From contig CAVYVZ010000008.1 of assembly GCA_963772065.1 (NCBI GenBank), forward strand, positions 421,645 through 485,644: DNA of 64,000 bases, read 5' to 3'. Positions 22,210 through 31,948 of the stretch are shown in pieces. Below the pieces are notes generated by a model. The model worked only from the letters and a program-made list of their open reading frames with translations. It did not search any database and was not told the DNA's origin. Position numbers and translations under genes: made by a program. Within the stretch, counting starts at the first letter, position 1. Each line of letters opens with the position of its first letter. This stretch comes from an uncultured Acidobacteriota bacterium. GTDB taxonomy: Bacteria > Acidobacteriota > Vicinamibacteria > Vicinamibacterales > UBA2999.

Positions 22210-23049
22210 CTAACGGTGGAGGGCCGCCTGTCGGAACTCGGAGGGCGAGCGCCCATACGCCTGTCGAAAAGCGGTGCTGAAATGGCTGTGGCTGTAGAAG
22301 CCGAGCTCCAGGCTCAGGGCGGTCAGGTCGTCATACTGCGCGAGAAGGTCCAAGGCCTGCGCCAGTCGCAGCCGCAACTGGTAGCGATACAGAGGCACGC
22401 CTTCCACGTGTTGAAAGACCTGCGTGAGATAGACCGGGGAGCCGCCCACTTCAGCGGCGATGTCAGCCAACGTCCAGCGCCGCCCCAGATCGCTCGTCAA
22501 CACCAGCTTGATTCGATCCACGAGCCGACGCCGTGTCGGGCTGGCCGCCGGAGCGTGTGTGGTCCGCAGCCCCAACGCTCGCCGCACGAGGGTCAAGGCC
22601 AGATTTTCCGCTTCCAGATACTCCGCGATGTTCTGCCGCAGGCTGTGCCGAAGCAGCGCCACGAGCGCCTGTGCCCGCGGATCAATTCGCAGCCGTTGCT
22701 GCCGAAACGCCAGCCCCGGGCCGTCGCGCAGAAAGGATCGTGGTGCCAGCTCACGCAGGAGCGGTTCGCTGATGACCAGGTCCAGGCTGGCGTCGCCACC
22801 CGGCACCGGATGGCTGACCCGGTAGCCTTCGCCGGGATTGAAAAACAGCACCTGATTTGCCTCGGCGACGGCCTCGTCACGCCCCAGATGCCTCACATAG
22901 ACGCCGCGATACGGAAACACGAGATGCATGGCGGTCGCGCATTCTTCCGCGCTCTGATGCCTGCAGGTTCCCTGGCAGCACACGTCGCGGATCGCGACGG
23001 TCTGGGTTTTCAGCAGAGATTGAACCGCCATTTCAGGCACGCGCATCAC
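22210..23049 (-). CDS. AraC-family transcriptional regulator
   Basis: WTLADIAAEVGGSPVYLTQVF...LSLELGFYSHSHFSTAFRQAYGRSPSEFR. Confidence 0.9.
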   Translation of the reverse strand: MMRVPEMAVQSLLKTQTVAIRDVCCQGTCRHQSAEECATAMHLVFPYRGVYVRHLGRDEAVAEANQVLFFNPGEGYRVSHPVPGGDASLDLVISEPLLRELAPRSFLRDGPGLAFRQQRLRIDPRAQALVALLRHSLRQNIAEYLEAENLALTLVRRALGLRTTHAPAASPTRRRLVDRIKLVLTSDLGRRWTLADIAAEVGGSPVYLTQVFQHVEGVPLYRYQLRLRLAQALDLLAQYDDLTALSLELGFYSHSHFSTAFRQAYGRSPSEFRQAALHR

Positions 23050-23198
23050 GATGCCATTTATACCGACAGTGTCTCTTGTTGGCTATGTTGCTTTTTCGGG
23101 CCATCTGATCTTCGTCCGCGGTCTCAGAGACCTAGCGCGCGCCTTCGGCAGCGAAAACAGCCGGCAGCGACCGTCTAGTGAAAATGGAGGGGGAAGTT

Positions 23199-25502
23199 AT
23201 GGCCACACGTTTCGACGGCAAAGTCTTCACGTTCACGCAGCCTGATGGCAGCACGATCCAGCTGCGCGGCTTTGGCGACCAGCACTACGCCGTCTTCGAG
23301 ACGCTCGACGGCTTCACCGTGACCAAGAATCCGGTGACTGGGTACTACGAGGTGGCACGCGTCAGCGCCGACGGGTCCGCGCTGGAGCCGGCGCCGAGCG
23401 CGGCGGGCAGGCTCAACGGCCCCGCTGCCGGACTGGAACGCGGGCTGCGGGTGCGGCGCGACAGCGCCGTGGCCGCGGCGCGGGCCTCTGCGCTCGCCAC
23501 GGCAGGTCGTCGCTGCGACCAGCGGCGCGAGGAACGGCGGCGGCGGTGGCAGGCGATGCGGGCGATGGCGGAGGCCGGCGGTCCGCTGCTGGCGCCGCCC
23601 GAGCGTGAGACGGTCGGTGATTTCGTGGGCCTCTGCCTGCTGATCGATTTCAGCGACGTGCCGGCCACGATTCCACGCGATGAGGTGGAGCGCTTCTGCA
23701 ATCAGGCGGGCTACACCGGGTTCGGCAACAACGGGTCGGTCTCGGAATACTTCCGAGACAATTCGATCGGTCGCTGTCGCTACACGAACATCGTCGCTCC
23801 CTACTACCGCGCGCTGCACCCGAAGACCTATTACACCGACCGTACCGATTCCGCAGCCACAGCGCGCCGTCGAGCTGATCAACGAAGCGCTCGCGCATCA
23901 CCTGGCGAACGGTTTCAACTTCTCCGGTTTGACCCCCGACAGTCAAGGCTTCGTCTACGCGACGAACGTCTACTACGCCGGGCCGGTGACCAACAACTGG
24001 GCCGAGGGACTGTGGCCGCATGCCCACCATCTCGGTACGATGGTCCCGCTGGCGCCCGGCCGAGTCGGCGTTCGATTACCAGTTCACGGCGATGGGCGCG
24101 GAGCTGGAATTGGGCACGTTCTGCCACGAGAACGGCCACATGCTGTGCGACTACCCGGATCTGTACGACTACGGAAGTGAGTCGAGCGGCGTCGGCGCGT
24201 ATTGCCTGATGTGCGCGGGCAACAACGCCAGCGAGAAGAACCCGATCGCGGTCAATGCGTACCTGAAGCGCCTGTCGGGCTGGGCGCGTACGGTCACGCC
24301 GCTGGAGCACGATCGCACGGTCACGCTGAACGCCGATACGAACGATTTCGCCATCTACTCGCGCAGCGGGCGCGAGTACTTCCTGATCGAGAACCGCCGC
24401 CGGACGGGCCGGGACGCCGCGCTCCCCGACGAAGGCCTGGCGATCTGGCATGTCGACGAAGACGGCGACAACAGCCACGAGCATATGACGGGCGCGAAGC
24501 ACTACGAGCTCTCGCTGGAACAGGCGGACGGCTTGTTTCAGCTCGAGCGCCTCAGAAACCAGATGGGTGATGGCAACGACCTCTTCGCCGGCGCCGGCGC
24601 GCGGTTCGGCGATGGCACGGTGCCGAGCAGCAGATGGTGGAACGGCACGGCGTCGAACCTGACCATCGACCAGGTCACAGCGGCCGGCGCATCGATGACG
24701 TTCCGCTGCCTGCTGTCGGATACGGTGGCGCCGCCCCACACGCTGAATCCGGTCTCGATACCCAACCGCCCGATCCCGGACAACAACCCGAGCGGCATCA
24801 GCGACACGATCGCCATCAGCGATGCGCTGACGATCTCCAGCATCAAGGTCGCGGTCGATATCACGCACACTTACCGCGGCGATCTGCGCGTCTCGCTGAT
24901 CACTCCGTGGGGCGTGACGATCGAGCTGCATCCCAAGGGCCGCGGCGGCAGTGCCGATGACCTGAAAGTGACGTTCGACGAGACCACCGTGCCGGCCTTG
25001 GCAACGCTTCGCGGGCGCAATACGCAAGGCGCATGGCAGCTCAGGGTGCAGGATCTGGCGCCGGCCGATGGGGGGCGACTGAATCGCTGGTCTCTGGCGA
25101 TCTCGTCGGCCGCGCCAGCGGTCGCCCCAATCGACCTGCAGGAATCTCCAGGCGTGCCAATCCCGGACGCTCCACATGCCGGCATCGAACGCGTGCTGGC
25201 GACGGCCAGCGCAGGGCGCGTGGGCAACGTCGAAGTGTCCGTGGACATTTCGCACACCTGGATTGGCGACCTGCTCGTGAGCCTGGTGTCGCCAGCGGGC
25301 ACCGAGGTGCCTCTGCACAACCGCAGCGGCGGATCCAGCGACAACCTCGTTCGCACGTTCACGTCGGCCAATACGCCGCCAATGGCGGCGCTCGTGGGGC
25401 AGGCGAGCGGCAGGGACGTGGCGATTGAAGATCGCCGACGTCGAGACGCAGGATGTGGGCAAACTCAATCAGTGGCGCCTCCTCGTCAAACCACCGGCGT
25501 GA
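23199..25502 (+). CDS. M6-family (immune inhibitor A-like) metalloprotease with two C-terminal proprotein-convertase P-domains; frameshifted
   Basis: LCLLIDFSD, GSVSEYF, TFCHENGHMLCDYPDLYDY (HExxH), YFLIENR, LAIWHVDE. P-domains ITHTYRGDLRVSL and ISHTWIGDLLVSL. Confidence 0.85.
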
Positions 25503-25542
25503 GGAGGCTCCACGAGCAACTCGCGCGTTCGAACGCGACGCG

Positions 25543-26058
25543 TCAGCCCTCTCGTGTTCGGTCCGGCACCGAACCGGGAGGGCGCGCATACCAGCCGGCG
25601 GGAGTGACGAAGAGGAGCGTTCCGTCGCCCACACCGCTCTCGATGCGCCAGCCCCACTTACTCGGACTGCCGTCGTACGACAGAGCTGCGTCTTCGAGCC
25701 TGAGATCGGGATACTGGCTTCGGGCGCTGCTCACCAGCGCGGCCGGTGGGCGCTCGAAAAACGCCACCTCCGGCCAACTCGCCGAGTCGGTGGGACTGCT
25801 TCCGAATGTCGCGATCTGAACGACCCGTCCATTTCGATCGATCAAGGCGAACCCGCACACTCGTTCCTCGAGCACGAAGGGCACGACCCAGTACGCCGGC
25901 GTCCCGTCTGGCGCCGATACCATTGCGGGACGTCCGGTTCGCCCGCGTCTTACTGCGTCGAACTGCGGATCGGTCGCGACAGGCGGTCGCCTCCGCTCCT
26001 GTTCCGCAGCGCGCCGCGCTACGTCCTCGTCAGGGGCAGTCGACCCGCGTGTAGACAT
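25543..26058 (-). CDS. Hypothetical protein
   Basis: About 171 aa; overlaps the 3' end of the upstream peptidase gene. AYWVVPF...CGFALID...SYDGSPSKWGWRI. Confidence 0.6.
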   Translation of the reverse strand: MSTRGSTAPDEDVARRAAEQERRRPPVATDPQFDAVRRGRTGRPAMVSAPDGTPAYWVVPFVLEERVCGFALIDRNGRVVQIATFGSSPTDSASWPEVAFFERPPAALVSSARSQYPDLRLEDAALSYDGSPSKWGWRIESGVGDGTLLFVTPAGWYARPPGSVPDRTREG

Positions 26059-27236
26059 AGTTCGTGTGCGTGATCGCGCCCCAGTCCTCCCACACGACGG
26101 CGCCACCGAGCGCGAAATCCGCATTCCACGGCCACGGATCGTAGATGTAGAGCTTTTCCTGCGTGCCTCCCAGGAGCGAGACCGTGCGTGAGTACCCCGC
26201 GCAGGCTCGAGCGTGGCCGGGCACGCCGCTCTTGAACGGACGCCGCAGGTCTATCTGATCGCGCGCCTTCTGCCATGTTGGCGATGCGTCGAACGTCGCG
26301 TCGAGATGGCTGCACGAAAGTGATTCGTACCCGGGACTCTGATCGGCCGGACAACCGCTCCCAGCAGAATAGCCGCACGGTGGCGCGATGTCGTCCTGCG
26401 CGTAGTAATAGCGGTAGTAGCAGAGGATCATCTGGCACGTGGCCACCGCGCAGTAGTCGTTCACCTGCTGGGCATGCAGGCTGAAACAGTGATGTCCGCG
26501 CGCGTGGGTGTACGGATAGTGACTGCAGTACTCGAGCAGTTTGGTGACGGTGAACTTGAATCGCCAGTCAATCTTGGCGATTGCCGCCTGCAGCGAGCGG
26601 GCCGAAGAGATGGCGGCGCGGGTGCGGCGGGGCAGCTTCTGGCGTGCCGCGTCAACCTGTGTGAAGCGACGCAACCTCGCGCGGCGATCGGAGTCCGACA
26701 GTGTGTCGTAGAAGGACCATGCGTACCGATCCTTCCCTGTCCAGCTTCTCCGGACTCTCGGGAATGCGCGCCAGATCCGCCACATCGAAAATGAGCCTGC
26801 GGCTGTCCTGGCCACGTGTCGCGCGGAACATCACACCCAGCTTCGGATAGCTGTAGCACACGAGCGTCGGTTCTGAGATGTCGGCTCCGGGGAACTCCTT
26901 CTTCACACGTGGCTTCAACCGCCGGACGGCAGCCGCAAAATCCCAGTATCTCGGACCGATCTCGATGGCCACAACCGGCGGGCCGACGACCTTGCTGGCC
27001 GCCGTGCGCACGTAGCCGGCGGTTTCGCCGCCGCGGCCAATCGGAAAATCAAGAAACAGGAGTGTGCCGTTGATGTCGAAGATGCGGATGGGCTCTTTCC
27101 GGACGCGACCCGCCAGGAGAACGGATAGCCCGGGAACGCCGGCGGCCGCGTCGTGCAGCACGCCGAGCGCGGCATGTTCGTAGAGCACGTCTCTGGAAAC
27201 GAGGTTCGGCTCCTCTGCGAATCGATCTGCTGCCAT
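26030..27236 (-). CDS. Papain-like (C39-like) cysteine peptidase domain protein; frameshift near 26730
   Basis: QQVNDYCAVATCQMIL (Gln and catalytic Cys), GHARACAGY (His), YIYDPWP (Asp). N-terminal domain lies in ORF 26652-27236. Confidence 0.75.
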
Positions 27237-27321
27237 CGCTCATCCGCCTTTCTTCTTGTGCCGCCGTACGCGTAGAGGATACGGCAAGCGGCCGGCGCGC
27301 TTTGCACGCCGAGAAGACGGA

Positions 27322-27882
27322 CTAGCGCAACTCTTTGTACATGATCGTCGTCGGTTCCAGGTCGGGCGTCAGAGACCCGCGCGCGAAGCGCGGTATCACG
27401 CCCGCCACGGTATAGCCGAGAGACCGATAGAGCGCTTCGGCGCTGCCGTCGGTCCAGGTGTCGAGCGTGAGCAGCGTCCGGCCTTCGGCCTGCGCGATCG
27501 CTTCGAGCTCCAGCATCAGCGCTCGGGCGATTCCTCGACGCCGAGCAGCGGGGTGAACGAGCAGCTTTGACACGTCTGCGCGGTGCTGCTGGTTCGGTGG
27601 CCAGGCGAGCTCGAGCTGGACAGTCCCGACGATGCGCGTACCCCGACGCGCGACGATGAGGCGCCGCGTGCGCGCGTGCACGCCGGGCAACACCTTCTCG
27701 CGCCAGAACGCACGAGCTTCGTCGAGCGAGAACGGCAAAATGAAGCTGACGCCGGCGCCATCGTGCACGACGGCGTGCAGGACCTCGCTCAGCATGTCGA
27801 GATCCTGTTCGAGGGAGTCCACGCGATCTGGCCGCCACTCTTCGATGCGAACCTCGGCCAGCGTGTTCACAGCCTCACTCAC
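27322..27882 (-). CDS. GNAT family N-acetyltransferase
   Basis: VHDGAGVSFILP...PNQQHRADVSKLLVHPAARRRGIA...LTLDT...AEALYRSLGY. GTGA overlap with the upstream gene. Confidence 0.88.
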   Translation of the reverse strand: MSEAVNTLAEVRIEEWRPDRVDSLEQDLDMLSEVLHAVVHDGAGVSFILPFSLDEARAFWREKVLPGVHARTRRLIVARRGTRIVGTVQLELAWPPNQQHRADVSKLLVHPAARRRGIARALMLELEAIAQAEGRTLLTLDTWTDGSAEALYRSLGYTVAGVIPRFARGSLTPDLEPTTIMYKELR

Positions 27883-28469
27883 GGATGCACCATCGCGATG
27901 ACATAGCGCGCCTCGCGTTTGCCGGTGCTCTGAAACCGCGCCGGGCCCACCAGCACGTATCGGAGGGAGTCGCCTACGCGCAGTTGGAAGAAGGAGCCCT
28001 CTATTTCGAGATTCAGTGAGCCTTCGAGCATCCACAGATGATGCTCGAGCCCCGCGACAGGCGACGCGTCGAACGACACGGACGCTCCCGCGGGCATACG
28101 CACTTCGACGAGCTCGCCGCGGAGGCCGGGCCCTGGCGGGGAGACCACTCGGCGGCGATACCCGCTGCCCGGATCGCTCCACTCAGGCTGCGCGGCTGCG
28201 GGCACGAGGTTCGGGGGCCGGGTCTCGGCTTCGGCCATGAAGCGCGAGAGCGTCCAGCCGTAGATCGTGCAGAGTTTGCCGAGCATCGCCGCGGTTGGAC
28301 TCAGCTCGGATCGTTCGAGCCTCGACAGCGTCGCGCGGCTGATGCCGGTGCGCTCGGACAGCGCTTCGAGCGACCATCCACGTTCGGCGCGCAACCGGGC
28401 AAGCCGCCGTGCGATCCGACGCTCGATTTCGTGGTCTGCGGCGGCGCGAGGCGGCGAGGCTGGTGTCAT
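27879..28469 (-). CDS. XRE-family HTH regulator with cupin domain
   Basis: LRAERGWSLEALSERTGISRATLSRLERSELSPT; cupin HHLWMLEGSL...GDSLRY. Confidence 0.88.
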   Translation of the reverse strand: MTPASPPRAAADHEIERRIARRLARLRAERGWSLEALSERTGISRATLSRLERSELSPTAAMLGKLCTIYGWTLSRFMAEAETRPPNLVPAAAQPEWSDPGSGYRRRVVSPPGPGLRGELVEVRMPAGASVSFDASPVAGLEHHLWMLEGSLNLEIEGSFFQLRVGDSLRYVLVGPARFQSTGKREARYVIAMVHP

Positions 28470-28502
28470 CTCCAATTGGAGATGCTATCTCGTATTAGAG
28501 AT
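28467..28502. promoter_or_regulatory. Tandem palindromic operator ATCTC-N6-GAGAT (two copies) over the XRE start
   Basis: Perfect 18-bp palindrome CATCTCCAATTGGAGATG (28467-28484) followed by ATCTCGTATTAGAGAT (28487-28502). Confidence 0.65.
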
Positions 28503-28577
28503 GACGGCAACAGGCTGCCGCCAAGCCCAACGAATACGCACTCCTTCGAAATCACTGAAATCCCTGTGTGTACTGGC

Positions 28578-28606
28578 TTGACCACCCTGGTCATATACGA
28601 TATATC
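28578..28606 (+). promoter_or_regulatory. Candidate sigma-70 promoter with overlapping palindrome, upstream of the TonB receptor
   Basis: TTGACC-17 bp-TATATC. The palindrome TGACCA-CCC-TGGTCA (28579-28593) overlaps the -35 box. Confidence 0.45.
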
Positions 28607-28724
28607 CCCACCTCGTCGGGCGGCGTTCTCACCGCCCGCTCTTCCCCATGCCGTGTGAAACGTCCGGGTTCAAATCGCCCCGACGAGCCCCACCTCATGC
28701 TCCCCAATCGCAGAAGGAGTATCG

Positions 28725-31700
28725 ATGATGTCGCGCTGCCTGCCATCGCTTGCCACCCGGTGCCTGCTCTTCCTGATGGTCAGCCTCGTGCTGCCGTCAG
28801 ACCTCTCCGCCCAATCGACCGCGGAGGTCCGCGGCGTTGTCCAGGACGAGACCGGCGGAATCATCCCGGGCGCGACGGTCACGGCCATCAATGAGCTGAC
28901 CGGCCTCGAGCGGTCGACGTCATCCGATGACGGAGGACGCTTCATCTTTCCGAGGCTGCCGGTCGGCAGCTATCGCGTCGAAGCGACGCTGCAGGGCTTT
29001 CGCAAGTTCGCGACTGCGACGTTTCGACTGAACGTCGAGGACGTTCAGCAGGTCAACGTCGTCATGGCCGTGGGCCAGCTGTCCGATGCGGTGACGGTAT
29101 CCGGTTCGGCGCTCGCCGTCGAAACGGTCGGCGGCGCGATCAGCGAAGTCGTCGACGAACGACGGATCCGCGAGCTGCCACTGAACGGCAGAGACCCGCT
29201 GCAGTTGCAGTTGCTTCTGCCGGGCGTCGTCCCGGGGCAAGGGTCGACAACCATGCAGCAGCAGGGGGGCATCTCGGTTCACGGACTTCGTGGCATCTCC
29301 AACAACTACATGCTCGATGGCGGAGACAACAACGACGCACTCGGCGGTGTGGCGGCGATCGTCCCCAATCCCGACGCGCTGGAGGAGTTCACCGTTCTGA
29401 CGAGCAACTTCAGCGCCGAGTACGGACGGAACATGGGAGCCGTCATCAACGCGGTCACCAAGTCCGGCACCAACCAGTTCCGAGGAAGCGTCTATGAGTT
29501 CCTCCGGAACGACGCGCTCGACGCCAAGCAGTTCTTCGCGCTCGAGAAAGGCAAGCTGCGGCGCAACCAGTATGGCGGGTCCCTCGGAGGGCCGATCACC
29601 CGCGATCGCACCTTCTTCTTCTTCTCGTACGAGGGCCTTCGGGAGCGGCGGGGCGTCAGCACGTCGAACACGATCGTGCCGACGGCGGCCGAGCGAGCCG
29701 GCGACTTTTCTTTATCGAGCATCAAGCCCAGAGACCCGCTGACCGGGCTGCCATTTCTGAACAACCAGATCCCCGCGGCGCGGTTCGATCGGGCGGCGGT
29801 CAACTTCCTTGAGAAGCTCGTTCCCCTGCCCAACCAGCCGTCGGGCCAGCACATCTACAATCGCCCGGCTGAAAAAGACGGCGAGCAGTTCATGGGCCGC
29901 GTCGACAATCAGCTCACCTCCAAGCAACGCCTGTTCGGCCGGTTCTTCTACGACACAAACGCGTCGATGCTCGGGGCATTCAATGCCGAGGGCGTTGGAA
30001 GCCTGCCGATCCTGAAGCAGGAAGTGAACTTCGCGACGTGGAACCTCGCCGCGAACCACACCTACATCATGAGTCCGAGGCTCGTGAATTCCCTGCAGTT
30101 CGCCTACGCCGAGACCGACCTCGATCGCGGGCCGCTGCCGACGGGCGACAACATCTCCTACCAGAGCCTCGGCGTGAACGTGAACAACGCCACGGCGGAT
30201 CCGGGCGTCCAGCTCGTTCCGATGTTTCGAGGAAGCGTGTCCGGGTACTGGAACATGAACCAGGACGCGTACGAGCCGGACGATCGACCGATCGTTCAAC
30301 TCAAGAACGACACGACCTACAGCCGCGGCGGCCACGTCGTGAAGTTCGGCGGGGAGTATCGCTGGATGGCGAACAATCGGACGGCCGCCAACTGCAACGA
30401 CCCCTGCTTCGACTTCAACGGCCAGTACCTGGGAAACGCGTTCGCCGACTTCCTCCTGGGACGGGCGAGCCAGGTGCAACAGTTCTCGGTGCGGCAGAAC
30501 AAGGGACGAGCTCAGACGTTCTCGCTCTACATGCAGGATGACTGGCAGGTTCGCGCGCCTGTCACGCTCTCGCTCGGAGTGCGTTGGGAGCCGTTCTTCG
30601 CCTTCTATGAGGCAGACCAGCCGCAGCCGGTCTTCCGTCCCGGCCAGCAGTCGACGATATTCCCCACGGCACCGCTCGGCCTGCTCTACGCGGGTGATCC
30701 AGGTGTTCCGCGGGGCGGACATCCAACGAAGTGGAACCATTTCGCTCCGCGCATGGCGGTGGCTTGGAGCCTCAACCCGAAGACCAGCGTTCGAACCGCG
30801 TACGGGATCTTCTACGACACGGCCCGCTTCTTCACGTTCCCGAAGACCCTGGTCTTTACGCCTCCCTACTCGCTGAGCCGGACCACGCCGGGCGTCCAGT
30901 TCAGCGATCCATACGGGGGCATGGTGAACCCGTATCCGTATAAAGCGCCGCAGACGCCACAGGAGATTGCCAGCTACCAGTTCTCGCGGCCGGTGCGCGT
31001 CACCTCGGTTCCCGAGGATTCATCGCACGGATACAGCCAGCAGTGGAACGTCAGCATCGAGCGCGAGCTCATGGGTGATGTCGTCGTGAAAGCGGCCTAC
31101 GTGGGCACCAAGGGACACGACCTGCCCACCACGCGGCAGATCAATCCGGCGGTGTTCGGGCCGGGCGCGACGTTGGCCAATCGTCAGCAGCGACGCATCT
31201 ACCCGGAGTACGAAAGCATCTCGAGCTTCGATCCGATCGGCGAATCCTCGTATCACGGTCTCGAGTTGACCGCCAACAAGCGATTCGCCGGCGGATACTC
31301 GATCCTGGCCAACTACGGGTTCAGCAAGGCGTACGACAACTCGAGCAATGACGATCTCGCGACGCAGGATCCGCTGAATCCCCGCGACAGCTGGGGCCTG
31401 GCGGATTCGGACCGGCGGCATCGGCTGGTCACGTCGTTCGTGTGGCAATTGCCATCGCCGGAATCCCGAGCGGCCAAGATGGTGCTCGGAGGCTGGCAGT
31501 TCAATGGCATCGTGACGCTGATGAGCGGCACACCCTTCACGATCACCAGCGGCCGCGACACGATGCTGTCGTTCATCAACTCACGGGCCAACCTCGTCGG
31601 CGATCCCGATCTCCCGACGGATCGATCGCGTGCCGAGCTGATTCAGCGCTACTTCAATCCGCAGGCGTTCGCGATACCGGCCAACGGCAGCCTGGGCAGC

Positions 31701-31934
31701 TCGGCGCGAAACCTGCTGATCGGTCCGGGGTCCAAGAACGTCGACCTGTCATTGTTCCGCACGTTGGAACCGCGGGCGGGTCTGCAGATGCAGTTCCGGG
31801 TCGAGGCGTTCAACGCCTTCAACTTCGTCAACCTGGGGAATCCCAGGAACAACGCGAGCGCGGCGGACCTGGGTCGCATCACGACGGCCGGCGATGCGCG
31901 CGTGATGCAGTTCGGACTGAGAATGATGTTCTGA
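28725..31934 (+). CDS. TonB-dependent receptor (carboxypeptidase-regulatory-like N-domain, Oar-like)
   Basis: Intact 1069 aa; signal peptide, LPLNGRD, FSAEYGR...VTKSGTNQFRGS, C-terminal QFGLRMMF. Confidence 0.92.
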   Translation: MMSRCLPSLATRCLLFLMVSLVLPSDLSAQSTAEVRGVVQDETGGIIPGATVTAINELTGLERSTSSDDGGRFIFPRLPVGSYRVEATLQGFRKFATATFRLNVEDVQQVNVVMAVGQLSDAVTVSGSALAVETVGGAISEVVDERRIRELPLNGRDPLQLQLLLPGVVPGQGSTTMQQQGGISVHGLRGISNNYMLDGGDNNDALGGVAAIVPNPDALEEFTVLTSNFSAEYGRNMGAVINAVTKSGTNQFRGSVYEFLRNDALDAKQFFALEKGKLRRNQYGGSLGGPITRDRTFFFFSYEGLRERRGVSTSNTIVPTAAERAGDFSLSSIKPRDPLTGLPFLNNQIPAARFDRAAVNFLEKLVPLPNQPSGQHIYNRPAEKDGEQFMGRVDNQLTSKQRLFGRFFYDTNASMLGAFNAEGVGSLPILKQEVNFATWNLAANHTYIMSPRLVNSLQFAYAETDLDRGPLPTGDNISYQSLGVNVNNATADPGVQLVPMFRGSVSGYWNMNQDAYEPDDRPIVQLKNDTTYSRGGHVVKFGGEYRWMANNRTAANCNDPCFDFNGQYLGNAFADFLLGRASQVQQFSVRQNKGRAQTFSLYMQDDWQVRAPVTLSLGVRWEPFFAFYEADQPQPVFRPGQQSTIFPTAPLGLLYAGDPGVPRGGHPTKWNHFAPRMAVAWSLNPKTSVRTAYGIFYDTARFFTFPKTLVFTPPYSLSRTTPGVQFSDPYGGMVNPYPYKAPQTPQEIASYQFSRPVRVTSVPEDSSHGYSQQWNVSIERELMGDVVVKAAYVGTKGHDLPTTRQINPAVFGPGATLANRQQRRIYPEYESISSFDPIGESSYHGLELTANKRFAGGYSILANYGFSKAYDNSSNDDLATQDPLNPRDSWGLADSDRRHRLVTSFVWQLPSPESRAAKMVLGGWQFNGIVTLMSGTPFTITSGRDTMLSFINSRANLVGDPDLPTDRSRAELIQRYFNPQAFAIPANGSLGSSARNLLIGPGSKNVDLSLFRTLEPRAGLQMQFRVEAFNAFNFVNLGNPRNNASAADLGRITTAGDARVMQFGLRMMF

Positions 31935-31948
31935 GCACCGGGCACGAC

